Source of the DNA: a virus
Virus record (IMG/VR): IMGVR_UViG_3300012348_000044
Location: 1 to 36,666 of that record
Direction: 5' to 3' (one strand)
DNA length: 36,666 bases
Every line of letters starts with the position of its first letter. The stretch's first letter is position 1. The position numbers and the translations under genes were made by a program. Positions 5,924-14,186 of this stretch are shown here, piece by piece. The notes beneath the pieces were generated by a model, which was not told where the DNA came from, made no database searches, and worked only from the letters and a program-made list of their open reading frames with translations.

Positions 5924-8119
5924 GTGGAATATGAAGATTTTGTGGCGGCCAAGCGCCGAAAAGAAGTGGCGACAGGCCATCAACCTGGCGACCTGAACGA
6001 GCATTTGTTCGACTTTCAGCACGCCATTGTTAGCTGGGCCGTTCGTCGTGGCCGCGCAGCCATTTTTGCCGATACAGGACTTGGCAAGACGCTGATGCAG
6101 CTTTCATGGGCCGATGAGGTGGCAAGCCACACTGGCGGGTCTGTGCTGGTGCTGGCCCCGCTTGCCGTGTCTGAGCAGACAATTGAGCAAGGATCCACGT
6201 TTGGCATTGAGGTCAAGCGCGTGCCTCATTCTGGCGTGATTGATTCGCCCGGCGTCTGGATCACAAACTACGAGCGCATGGATGCCATCGACTTTACCGA
6301 GTTGCATGGCCTGGTGCTGGATGAATCATCCATCCTGAAGGCTCACGATGGCAAAACGCGCCAGCACATCATCACATCGGCTCAAGGCGTGCCTTATCGC
6401 TTGAGTTGCACGGCCACGCCATCACCCAATGATTTTGAGGAGCTTGGCAACCAGTGCGAGTTTTTGGGCGTCATGACTCGCACCGAGATGCTGGCGACTT
6501 ATTTTGTCAACGACACCGGAGACACTGGAACATGGCGACTCAAGGGATGGGGTGCGTCAAAGTTCTGGGAATGGATGGGATCATGGGCCGTGGTGCTGCG
6601 CAATCCATCTGATTTGGGATTTGATGGCGCAAGGTATGAGTTGCCGCCACTTGAGTATTTTGAGCACGTTATTCAGACTGAGGCCATTGAAGGCGATTTG
6701 TTCTCGCGCCCAGCCATGACCATGACCGAGCGAAGAAAGGCCCAGCGAGATAGCATTGAGGCGCGATGCCGCGCATTGGCGGATGTTGTCAATGCCGATA
6801 AATCAGAGCCTTGGATTATTTGGTGTCACTTGAATGATGAAGCTGAATTGCTCAAGCAGCTGATAGACGATTCTGTGAATGTTCAGGGGTCTGACTCGCC
6901 AGAATCAAAAGCAAAAAACTTGCTCTCATTTGCGCATGGTGACATTCGAGTCATGATTAGCAAGGCAAAAATAGCAGGGTATGGCCTCAATTGGCAGCAC
7001 TGCGCGCGCATGGCATTTGTCGGCCTAGACGACTCATTTGAAAAGTTCTACCAGGCCGTTCGCCGGTGCTACCGATTCGGACAAAAGCGCAATGTGCAGG
7101 TGCATATGTTCACCGCAGAAAACGAAGGCCAGATTCTGGCAAACCTTAAACGCAAAGAAGTGCAACATCACGAGATGAGCGCAAACATGATCGAACACAT
7201 GAAAGACATTATGAACAAAGAACTCGCAGGCCAAGAAAACATCGTGGACGAATACCGCGAAGACACATTCAACGGCGATGGCTTTACCGTCCACTTGGGT
7301 GACTGCGTGAAGTGGTCACGCCGCATGGCCGACAACAGCGTGGACTATTCTGTTTTCTCGCCGCCATTCGCCGATCTGTTTGTTTACTCAAACAGCGATC
7401 ACGACATGGGCAACTGCAAGAACGATCAAGAATTTGTCGAGCAGTTGAAGTTCCTGATCTCTGAGCTTTTCCGAGTTTTGAAGCCTGGCCGCAATGTCTC
7501 ATTCCACTGCATGAACTTGCCGACAACAAAGATGCGCCAAGGCTTTATCGGCCTGCGTGATTTCCGTGGAGATTTGATCCGCGCGTTCCAAGATGCTGGA
7601 TTCATCTATCACTCTGAGGTCTGCATCTGGAAAGATCCAGTTGTCGCCATGCAGCGCACAAAGGCACTTGGTCTGCTGCACAAGACAATCCGCGAAAACA
7701 GCACCATGAGCCGCATGGGCCTGCCTGATTACGTCGTGACCATGCGAAAGCCTGGAGAGATTGAGGAGCGCGTCACGCACGGCGATGATTTGCCCGTCCA
7801 TCTGTGGCAAAAGTACGCCAGCCCAATCTGGGATGACATCGACCAAGGCCGCACGCTGAACAAAATGCCAGCGCGTGACGAGAACGACGAGAAGCATATG
7901 TGCCCGCTTCAGCTTGATGTGATTGAGCGCTGCATCCACCTGTGGACAAACAAAGGCGATGTTGTTTTCAGCCCATTCACCGGCATTGGCTCTGAAGGCT
8001 ATACAGCCATCAAGATGGGCCGGAAGTTTGTTGGCACTGAACTCAAGCCGCAATACTTTGAGCTGGCCTGTCTCAACATCACTGACGCATCAAAAGAGCA
8101 GCAAGGATTGTTTGCTTGA
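5924..8119 (+). CDS. SNF2-family ATPase/helicase fused to a beta-class N6A/N4C DNA methyltransferase
   Basis: N-terminal half: ADTGLGKT (motif I), VLDESS (II), CTATPSPN (III), GYGLNWQ (V), QAVRRCYRFGQKRNV (VI). C-terminal half: SPPFADLFVY (motif IV, (D/N/S)PP(Y/F)), then CPLQLDVIERCIHLWTNKGDVVFSPFTGIGSEG (motif I, FxGxG). GTG start with a GGAGAG RBS. Confidence 0.85.
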   Translation: MEYEDFVAAKRRKEVATGHQPGDLNEHLFDFQHAIVSWAVRRGRAAIFADTGLGKTLMQLSWADEVASHTGGSVLVLAPLAVSEQTIEQGSTFGIEVKRVPHSGVIDSPGVWITNYERMDAIDFTELHGLVLDESSILKAHDGKTRQHIITSAQGVPYRLSCTATPSPNDFEELGNQCEFLGVMTRTEMLATYFVNDTGDTGTWRLKGWGASKFWEWMGSWAVVLRNPSDLGFDGARYELPPLEYFEHVIQTEAIEGDLFSRPAMTMTERRKAQRDSIEARCRALADVVNADKSEPWIIWCHLNDEAELLKQLIDDSVNVQGSDSPESKAKNLLSFAHGDIRVMISKAKIAGYGLNWQHCARMAFVGLDDSFEKFYQAVRRCYRFGQKRNVQVHMFTAENEGQILANLKRKEVQHHEMSANMIEHMKDIMNKELAGQENIVDEYREDTFNGDGFTVHLGDCVKWSRRMADNSVDYSVFSPPFADLFVYSNSDHDMGNCKNDQEFVEQLKFLISELFRVLKPGRNVSFHCMNLPTTKMRQGFIGLRDFRGDLIRAFQDAGFIYHSEVCIWKDPVVAMQRTKALGLLHKTIRENSTMSRMGLPDYVVTMRKPGEIEERVTHGDDLPVHLWQKYASPIWDDIDQGRTLNKMPARDENDEKHMCPLQLDVIERCIHLWTNKGDVVFSPFTGIGSEGYTAIKMGRKFVGTELKPQYFELACLNITDASKEQQGLFA

Positions 8120-8226
8120 TGTAAAATAATGCGAAACGAGGCTAGGTCGGGACTGATCCCCTGACCGAAAAGCGAACTCCCCGCCTGCCTTTGTTTCTTT
8201 TCTGGGAGATTTGCGGAGATGCCATC

Positions 8227-8898
8227 GTGCATTATTACAAGAGAAATCTTGGCGATTACGCCAAAAAATGTGGCCGCCTATCAATGCTTCAGCACGGAGC
8301 GTACACGCTTCTGATTGATTCGTGCTATGACCGTGAAAAATTCCCAACGCTTGATGAAGCCATTGAATGGACATGGGCCAGCACTGAAGCTGAGATTGAG
8401 GCTGTAAAGTTTGTCCTTGGCCGCTTTTTTACGCTGTCTCCAGACGGTGAGTATGTGCAAGATCGCATCCTTGCAGAGCTTCTTGAGTACCACTCAAAAG
8501 CCGACACAAACAAACGAATCGCACAAGAACGCGAGGCGAAGCGTAAAGAAAAAAGCACGAGTCGTTCACATACCGTAAACGAAGCGCCACCTAACCAAGA
8601 ACCAAGAACCATAAACCAAGAACCAGTTATTTGTGCCCCGCCTGTCGGCAAGGCCAAAGGAAAAAGGCTTTCGCCTGATTGGCAACTGCCAAAAGCATGG
8701 GGAGAGTGGACGCTGGAGACAATGGGCTGGGAGACGGCAACGGTCAGACTTGAGGCTGATAAGTTTCGAGACTACTGGGTGGCGACAAGTGGGCGAAACG
8801 CCGCCAAGCTGGATTGGGAAGCCACTTGGCGCAACTGGTGTCGAAATGCCAAGGTTCAGGCAACGCCTCAGCCATCCTTGCTGGCAGGTGGAATATGA
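8227..8898 (+). CDS. DUF1376 (YdaU-like) protein with a DnaT-like C-terminal domain; replication initiation / primosome protein
   Basis: HYYKRNLGDYAKKCGRLSMLQHGAYTLLID is the DUF1376 signature. The C-terminus has W..P..W..W....F.DYW......DWEATWRNWCRNA (DnaT-like). GTG 8227 is preceded by GGAG; the ORF-track start at 8191 is an alternative. Confidence 0.7.
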   Translation: MHYYKRNLGDYAKKCGRLSMLQHGAYTLLIDSCYDREKFPTLDEAIEWTWASTEAEIEAVKFVLGRFFTLSPDGEYVQDRILAELLEYHSKADTNKRIAQEREAKRKEKSTSRSHTVNEAPPNQEPRTINQEPVICAPPVGKAKGKRLSPDWQLPKAWGEWTLETMGWETATVRLEADKFRDYWVATSGRNAAKLDWEATWRNWCRNAKVQATPQPSLLAGGI

Positions 8899-9272
8899 AG
8901 GGACACATTGACCTCATCAAAATGAGGATGGCAAGCAAGAAGCCAGCAAGTGTGGCAATCTACGATTACCCGTTTGACACCGACTGGACAAAATACGGCG
9001 ACTTGCCAAGGGTATGCGTTCACGGTGAGGCGGTAGTTGACCTTGATTTGCGCTTTGTGATCGGCATGGTTGTTTTCATTGAAAGCAACAGCGAAGCGAG
9101 AGCCGATCAGTTGCTAGAAAAATGTATCGCCATGGGCGCGTCTATCGTGGCCGCGAGCAGCTACCCAGCGCCAAAGCAAGATCCGTATTCAAGAGCCGCA
9201 TCAAAAAGCCATTTGTTTTTTAAAGATTTTGGAGGTCAGATTGACAACAATCATCACGTCAGATTCGATTGA
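8895..9272 (+). CDS. Hypothetical protein in the replication module
   Basis: ATGA overlap with the upstream gene. 125 aa. No motif recognised. Confidence 0.5.
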   Translation: MKGHIDLIKMRMASKKPASVAIYDYPFDTDWTKYGDLPRVCVHGEAVVDLDLRFVIGMVVFIESNSEARADQLLEKCIAMGASIVAASSYPAPKQDPYSRAASKSHLFFKDFGGQIDNNHHVRFD

Positions 9273-10221
9273 TTTCAGGCAGTACCTGAAAGAGTCGGAT
9301 GCAAAGGCGAACGTGAAGAACGCCGCCGACTACACGCAAACGCTCAAAGACAGACTGCGCATCAAGCAAAACGAGAAGAAGGTTTTTTTGCCATGGCCGA
9401 AGACTCGAGACAATTTTGATTTCCGTCCAGGTGAGGTCACTGTTTGGGCTGGTCAGAACGGCCACGGCAAGAGCCTTGTCACCAGCATGGTGGCGCTTTC
9501 ACTGATCGGCCAAGAGCAAAAATTGTGCATTGCCAGTTTTGAGATGAAGCCGCACATGACAATTCAGCGCATGGCGCGAATGTATGCGGGCATGAATCCA
9601 TTTTCTCCAGAGTTCCAAGGCAGGGATGGTATCCAAGCAATTGACGAGCTATACGACGAATTCGGCGGGTGGGTTGACAAGCGCCTATGGATTTATGACC
9701 AGCAAGGCACAGCAGACCGTGAGCTTGTCACTGGCATGGTCAGGTATTGCGCCGTTGAGCTTGGCTTGAATCATGTATTCGTGGACAACTTGGCGAAGGT
9801 GGTAAGTGGTGAGGATGACTACAACGGGCAAAAAGCGTTTGTCGATGAAATGACCAGCATCGCCCGAGATCATCAAATCCACGTTCACATCGTCCACCAC
9901 CTGAAAAAACCAAGCAAAGAGACAGAGCTTCCCGACAAAAATGACCTCAAGGGGTCTGGTGCTATCGCCGACCAGGTTGACAACATTATCTTGGTTTTCC
10001 GCAACAAAGCCAAAGAGATCGCCATCCGGTCTGGCAAGAGTGGCGAAAAAGGCGCAGAACCCGATCAAGTTTTGTTTGTTCGCAAGCAGCGCAACTACGA
10101 AGGCTCAAGCGATGGTGAGCCGCAGATCAATTTGTGGTTTGACATGGACAGCCAGCAATACCGCGAATCGAGTGATGCGTATCCATTGTTTTTTCCCAAT
10201 TACCCTCACTACAAAACATGA
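9241..10221 (+). CDS. DnaB-like / T7 gp4-like replicative helicase (RecA-fold C-terminal domain)
   Basis: Walker A GQNGHGKS, Walker B-like HVFVDNL, HIVHHLKKPS, LKGSGAIADQVDNIILV. TTG 9241 has GGAGG 5 nt upstream; the ORF-track start is TTG 9229. Confidence 0.8.
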   Translation: MTTIITSDSIDFRQYLKESDAKANVKNAADYTQTLKDRLRIKQNEKKVFLPWPKTRDNFDFRPGEVTVWAGQNGHGKSLVTSMVALSLIGQEQKLCIASFEMKPHMTIQRMARMYAGMNPFSPEFQGRDGIQAIDELYDEFGGWVDKRLWIYDQQGTADRELVTGMVRYCAVELGLNHVFVDNLAKVVSGEDDYNGQKAFVDEMTSIARDHQIHVHIVHHLKKPSKETELPDKNDLKGSGAIADQVDNIILVFRNKAKEIAIRSGKSGEKGAEPDQVLFVRKQRNYEGSSDGEPQINLWFDMDSQQYRESSDAYPLFFPNYPHYKT

Positions 10222-10232
10222 AGGAGACATTG

Positions 10233-10550
10233 ATGAAAGCTGAAGCCAAACGCGACAAAGGAATCGCCAAAGCGGTCAATCACGCCGAGCGCATACATGG
10301 CGACTGGTTTGACAAGGCAAGCCTCATGATGCTTTTGTTCATGAAGCAAAACCCAGGCAAGATGTTCATGGCCGAGCAGGTAAGGCAATGGGCCGAACAA
10401 TGCGGGATGCCAAAGCCGCCAGATGGCCGCGCATGGGGTGGAGTGTTCATCGCCGCAGCCAAGGCTAACGTAATCCGCAGCGTTGGCTACAAGCGGCAGG
10501 AATCGCCGTCCTGCCATTGCTCGCCAAAGAACGTGTGGAGGAAAGCCTGA
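10233..10550 (+). CDS. Hypothetical protein
   Basis: AAGGAG lies 6 nt upstream of ATG 10233. Contains DGRAWGGVFIAAAKANVI. Function unknown. Confidence 0.55.
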   Translation: MKAEAKRDKGIAKAVNHAERIHGDWFDKASLMMLLFMKQNPGKMFMAEQVRQWAEQCGMPKPPDGRAWGGVFIAAAKANVIRSVGYKRQESPSCHCSPKNVWRKA

Positions 10551-10741
10551 TGGACTACCAACTGGCCTACAAGATGCAACTTGAAAAGTTGATGAAGCTG
10601 GCCGAAAAGCCGGAGTGGAAGGCTTACGCATGGCAGTACGCGCAAGACTTGGCCGCCGACAAGTCTGGCGTTTTCGCTGGAATTGATGTTGAGCTTGCCT
10701 CCAAGATGAACGAAAAAAAAATTATTTCAAAAAAAGATTGA
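10550..10741 (+). CDS. Hypothetical protein
   Basis: TGATG junction and a GGAGGA RBS. 63 aa, predicted helical. Confidence 0.5.
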   Translation: MDYQLAYKMQLEKLMKLAEKPEWKAYAWQYAQDLAADKSGVFAGIDVELASKMNEKKIISKKD

Positions 10742-10812
10742 ACCAATCAAATTATTGGTTTATGATTTCAGTCAGGCCGCAACATCTTGCAGCCACCAAC
10801 CGAAAGACAGAC

Positions 10813-10947
10813 ATGAAACATCAATGGCACTACGAGCGCCAAGAGCGCAACATGAACAAACGCGCAGAAGCTGCGATGGGCGTTTTGCTGGCCGTGGCCA
10901 TCGGCCTTGGCTTGGCGACTTTGCTTTTTGTTCACCTTTCCAAGTGA
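10813..10947 (+). CDS. Hypothetical small membrane protein
   Basis: MKHQWHYERQERNMNKRAEAAMGVLLAVAIGLGLATLLFVHLSK has one clear TM helix. The RBS is weak, and an alternative ATG lies at 10852. Confidence 0.35.
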   Translation: MKHQWHYERQERNMNKRAEAAMGVLLAVAIGLGLATLLFVHLSK

Positions 10948-10955
10948 GGCTAGCC

Positions 10956-11228
10956 ATGTTCACACCAGGAAAGTGGGAGGAGCGCAAATGCGCATACGGA
11001 TGGACAGACATCTACCCAAGCAAGTGCCTTACTGAGTTGCCAGTGGCATCCGTGCGAGGTCATCACCCATCAACAAACGAAGCCGATGCCCGCCTGATCG
11101 CCGCATCAAAAGACCTGCATCAAGCCGTGATCGACTTGCTGCCATTCGCTGAATCCGTGCTTGGCCTTAAAAATCCACGCATCGCAGAAATCCGCTCAAC
11201 ACTTGACGAAATCCGAGGCCAGAAATGA
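10956..11228 (+). CDS. Hypothetical protein (NEADARLIAASKDL-type phage family)
   Basis: The ADARLIAA..DL motif is common in small phage proteins of unknown function. The N-terminal part of the longer ORF-track version is Arg-rich nonsense. Confidence 0.55.
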   Translation: MFTPGKWEERKCAYGWTDIYPSKCLTELPVASVRGHHPSTNEADARLIAASKDLHQAVIDLLPFAESVLGLKNPRIAEIRSTLDEIRGQK

Positions 11229-11380
11229 ATCAACCAATCATGATTCCAATCGTTCCAAACGACCACTTTGAACCAGAGGCGTTTGATTTCAACATTCCAT
11301 GCTGCTGGTGCAAGCATCGCAGCGGTGCAGACGACGAAGGCCAGTGCCGTGATTGCGGACACAACGGGAGAAACCAATGA
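11225..11380 (+). CDS. Hypothetical zinc-ribbon-like micro-protein (51 aa)
   Basis: MNQPIMIPIVPNDHFEPEAFDFNIPCCWCKHRSGADDEGQCRDCGHNGRNQ contains CxxC...CxxC. ATGA overlaps at both ends. Absent from the ORF track because it is under 60 aa. Confidence 0.45.
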   Translation: MNQPIMIPIVPNDHFEPEAFDFNIPCCWCKHRSGADDEGQCRDCGHNGRNQ

Positions 11381-11715
11381 GCAGCATCAAACACATGGCA
11401 GTGCTGAACGCTCTGCACCTGAACGGCCCGCAAGACTACCTGGCACTTGAGCGCATTTTGGGAATGTCTGGCCTGACGTATGTTGTCGGCGTATTGCGCA
11501 ATCAAGGCTTGATTGATGCGCTGCAAAAAAAGTCAAAAGAACTGCGCAAATACAAGATCACAGACAAAGGCATGAGCCACATTGGCAAAAACGTCATCAA
11601 GACTGGATTTGTCTATGAGCCGCTTGTATTGGTTGACATGACACCAACGCACCCAGGCTCAATGGATGCCTTCAAGCTGAAAAGCCTATCCGGTCAACGG
11701 CCATCGCACGTATGA
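11377..11715 (+). CDS. Winged-helix DNA-binding protein (MarR-like fold)
   Basis: VLNALHLNGPQDYLALERILGMSGLTYVVGVLRNQGLIDA...KYKITDKG follows the wHTH pattern. Confidence 0.5.
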   Translation: MSSIKHMAVLNALHLNGPQDYLALERILGMSGLTYVVGVLRNQGLIDALQKKSKELRKYKITDKGMSHIGKNVIKTGFVYEPLVLVDMTPTHPGSMDAFKLKSLSGQRPSHV

Positions 11716-12038
11716 AAGCGCATCAAAACCGAGCAAGTGACCAGATGAAGAAAATCACTGAATTGCTTTGCGAAGAAGCAATGACGGCGATGGAGTTGTC
11801 AAAAAAAATTGACATCTCACCAACGCTTGTCAGTCACTACATCCGAAAGCTGACAGACATGGGGCACGTCAAATTATCGGGTGTGAAAATTGTTGGCAGT
11901 TGCAACGCTCAAGCCAAGGTCTGGGTTTGCGAAAAAATGTTTGCACCAGAGCCAAAAGCCGAAAATAAAAAACGAATCAACATCAACACGCTGACTCGCT
12001 GGGTCGGCGGGAATCCTTTTGAAAGACTTACGACATGA
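11712..12038 (+). CDS. Winged-helix DNA-binding protein
   Basis: ITELLCEEAMTAMELSKKIDISPTLVSHYIRKLTDMGHVKL follows the wHTH pattern. ATGA overlap with the preceding wHTH gene. Confidence 0.5.
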   Translation: MKAHQNRASDQMKKITELLCEEAMTAMELSKKIDISPTLVSHYIRKLTDMGHVKLSGVKIVGSCNAQAKVWVCEKMFAPEPKAENKKRININTLTRWVGGNPFERLTT

Positions 12039-12190
12039 CGCAAGCGCAAAAAGTATTTGAGGCCATTCAGAAAAGCAAGGGCCAGACCAACTTCGAGAAA
12101 ACATCGAGTGGAAAGTACGTCAACCAAGCCATCCAAACGCGCTGGAACTATTTTCAGTTGGGATGGGAAATGCGAGGGGCAACAGCATGA
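12035..12190 (+). CDS. Hypothetical micro-protein (51 aa)
   Basis: MTQAQKVFEAIQKSKGQTNFEKTSSGKYVNQAIQTRWNYFQLGWEMRGATA. ATGA overlaps at both ends. Not in the ORF track. Confidence 0.4.
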   Translation: MTQAQKVFEAIQKSKGQTNFEKTSSGKYVNQAIQTRWNYFQLGWEMRGATA

Positions 12191-12882
12191 GCAAAGTTGA
12201 GAAAGCAGCAAAGCGGGCGCTGAAGGTGTTGGAGTATTGGGATGTGCATGGAACGCTGCATCAACCGACAGAAGAAGCCATCATCGCCCTGCGAGAAGCA
12301 CTGGCAGAGCAGCCAGCACAGCAGGAGACTGCGACGTGTGAAGAAGAGCACCCAAACAGCCGTTATTTGTTTAAGCGACTTTGCGGAGTTGCGGGAATCG
12401 AGCTGGGCAAAGACACCGTCCCGCAGGCTTTGGACAAAATTGCAAAACTGCGAGAAGCACTTGCAGAGCAGCCAGCGCAGCATGAATTTGGTTGCCGTGC
12501 GAATGCTTTTGGGAATTGCACATGTGGCAAGGAGCAGCCAGCACAACAGGAGCCTGTGGCGCTCGACGTTACCCTTGAGGGCGACGAAGCTCGCGCTCTA
12601 TACGATTTATTCGGCGACGACCGCGAAGATTTGTCACCCGTTCGATTGCTTGTAGGTGATGGGCACAGCGGGTACGGTCTGTATGTGGCACTTGCTGAAT
12701 ACCAAGACGAGGGCGCGGAGTTAATTGCGTCAATCATCCCGCCAGCACAGCGCACATGGGTTGGGCTGACGCTTGAAGAGATAGACACCGAGTGGGGGCT
12801 GTTCATGTCTGGGCAAGGCTCGGGGTACATCCCAGACTTTGTTCGCGCCATCGAAGCCAAACTCAAAGAGCGCAACCAATGA
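12187..12882 (+). CDS. Hypothetical protein with internal LREALAEQPAQ repeats
   Basis: 231 aa. The repeated helical segment is followed by Gln/Pro linkers. The C-terminal FVRAIEAKLKERN-type ending is common in small lambdoid early proteins. Confidence 0.6.
   Translation: MSKVEKAAKRALKVLEYWDVHGTLHQPTEEAIIALREALAEQPAQQETATCEEEHPNSRYLFKRLCGVAGIELGKDTVPQALDKIAKLREALAEQPAQHEFGCRANAFGNCTCGKEQPAQQEPVALDVTLEGDEARALYDLFGDDREDLSPVRLLVGDGHSGYGLYVALAEYQDEGAELIASIIPPAQRTWVGLTLEEIDTEWGLFMSGQGSGYIPDFVRAIEAKLKERNQ
12289..12482 (+). repeat. 35-nt direct repeat inside the 12187-12882 gene (copies at 12289-12323 and 12448-12482, 33/35 identical); a partial third copy lies at 12532-12551
   Basis: ctgcgagaagcactggcagagcagccagcacagca versus ctgcgagaagcacttgcagagcagccagcgcagca. 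The spacing is 159 nt, which keeps the copies in frame. Confidence 0.8.
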
Positions 12883-13013
12883 ACTGGCTCGACAAACTCT
12901 TTGACTGGTTCACCCCAGCCAAACAAACAACCGACCCCAACTGCCCTCACTGCCGAGGCTTTGGATATGACGTATCAGGGTACGCGTGTACCTGCGTGAA
13001 GGAGAAGAAATGA
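12879..13013 (+). CDS. Hypothetical small Cys-rich protein (44 aa)
   Basis: MNWLDKLFDWFTPAKQTTDPNCPHCRGFGYDVSGYACTCVKEKK. ATGA overlaps at both ends. Confidence 0.4.
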   Translation: MNWLDKLFDWFTPAKQTTDPNCPHCRGFGYDVSGYACTCVKEKK

Positions 13014-13354
13014 AGACAAGCAAAATCCTCACACTGGCCAAGAAAGAGTTGGCCAAAACCGCAGCCGAAAGCGACTTTTATACGGGCACCAAAGAGAAGT
13101 ACGTCTGCCTAGCCATCCGACGTGCTGGTGATAAATGCGAATCCGCTAAAGACGCGGACGCGGCGAGGCGTGTCGTATGGATGGTTGAAAGCCGCCTGTC
13201 TCCGTACGCCACACTGGAGTCATGGCTGACGGCGAAGGGGTGCCTGACTTATGACCATGTAGGCCTGGACGAAGCCATGTATGCCCGTATCCAGCAACAC
13301 CGCCACGCATGGTTGGACGAAATGATTGCCGAGTTTAAGCGCAAAGGAGATTGA
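13010..13354 (+). CDS. Hypothetical protein
   Basis: AAGGAGAAG RBS and an ATGA overlap. 114 aa. Confidence 0.55.
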   Translation: MKTSKILTLAKKELAKTAAESDFYTGTKEKYVCLAIRRAGDKCESAKDADAARRVVWMVESRLSPYATLESWLTAKGCLTYDHVGLDEAMYARIQQHRHAWLDEMIAEFKRKGD

Positions 13355-13355
13355 A

Positions 13356-13631
13356 ATGAATGAAAAACCAAAAGCTCTGCGGCTGGCGGATGAATTGGAA
13401 GCGCCGGTGCCAGACTTTCCAGAGCCAACCACACTAGAAGCTGGGGCCGCCGCCGAACTGCGCCGATTGCACGCTGCAAACATCGACTGCGTGGACCATT
13501 TCAATGCCCTCAAGGCCGAGCGTGATGAGTTGCTGGAGGCGCTGAAAGCCTTGATGTATTGGGACAACGGTAAGTCTGAATGGGACGAAGCCCGCGCCGC
13601 CATCGCCAAAGCAACAGGAGAAACCAAATGA
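13356..13631 (+). CDS. Hypothetical protein
   Basis: AAAGGAG lies upstream of ATG 13356. 91 aa, helical and acidic. Confidence 0.5.
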   Translation: MNEKPKALRLADELEAPVPDFPEPTTLEAGAAAELRRLHAANIDCVDHFNALKAERDELLEALKALMYWDNGKSEWDEARAAIAKATGETK

Positions 13632-13897
13632 AAACAGTGATTGAGATGGCGCGTGAGGCTGGTATGAACCTAACACCAGCACAGTTTTCTGGTGTTCTTG
13701 AAGACGAGATAGACGAATTTCAAATTGAACGCTTTGCCGAGCTTGTCCGTGCTGACGAGCGTGAAAGCATTTGTAAGTTCATGGAGCATGATGTTGACTT
13801 GTCTGGAATTTCCGAAGCGCCGCAGCTGCAAAACTACACAACGACACTGCTTAAAACACTGTCGGACTGCATCCGAGCAAGAGGAGAAACCGCATGA
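13628..13897 (+). CDS. Hypothetical protein
   Basis: ATGA overlap. 89 aa. Confidence 0.5.
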   Translation: MKTVIEMAREAGMNLTPAQFSGVLEDEIDEFQIERFAELVRADERESICKFMEHDVDLSGISEAPQLQNYTTTLLKTLSDCIRARGETA

Positions 13898-14049
13898 CAA
13901 AACAAGAAGCACTGCAAGTAATCAAAACGCTATCTGCTCTGGAGTCTTGGGCGTTCAGCGTCAAGCAAATGCTGCCTGACTTTCTGCATGAAGACCTGCA
14001 CAGATCAATGGCTGTGCTGGAGAAAATTATTTTGGGGGAACAGCAATGA
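13894..14049 (+). CDS. Hypothetical micro-protein (51 aa)
   Basis: MTKQEALQVIKTLSALESWAFSVKQMLPDFLHEDLHRSMAVLEKIILGEQQ. ATGA overlaps at both ends. Not in the ORF track. Confidence 0.4.
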   Translation: MTKQEALQVIKTLSALESWAFSVKQMLPDFLHEDLHRSMAVLEKIILGEQQ

Positions 14050-14186
14050 ACGAATCTGGGTTTCTTTTTCTTGTGGCAATAACGCTACTCTCGCCACACA
14101 TGACGGAGCGGTTTTCCAAAATTAGCTCTGTTGTCTGTCTCGTGGTGGGGTGGGTACTTATGATTATTGAGGCACACAACACATGA
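14046..14186 (+). CDS. Hypothetical small membrane protein (46 aa)
   Basis: MNESGFLFLVAITLLSPHMTERFSKISSVVCLVVGWVLMIIEAHNT has two hydrophobic segments. ATGA overlaps at both ends. Confidence 0.35.
   Translation: MNESGFLFLVAITLLSPHMTERFSKISSVVCLVVGWVLMIIEAHNT

Noticed and set aside
7499-8053. A 184-aa antisense ORF within the methyltransferase half of the SNF2-MTase gene.
   Set aside because: It has no RBS or motifs, and the sense frame carries clear MTase motifs IV and I.
8120-8226. The gap between the SNF2-MTase gene and the DUF1376 gene was checked for a terminator or promoter.
   Set aside because: It holds only a weak interrupted hairpin (GGTCGGG...CCCTGACC) with no U-run and no convincing -10/-35 pair.
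10755-10955. The N-terminal 67 codons of the 157-aa ORF 10755-11228.
   Set aside because: The segment is Arg/Ala/His-rich and improbable as protein. It overlaps a better small membrane ORF in another frame. The conserved-looking part starts at ATG 10956.
12363-12950. A 195-aa minus-strand ORF opposite the 12187-12882 gene.
   Set aside because: It would be the only leftward gene in a tightly ATGA-coupled rightward array, and its translation is Ser/Pro/Arg/Cys-rich with no motifs.
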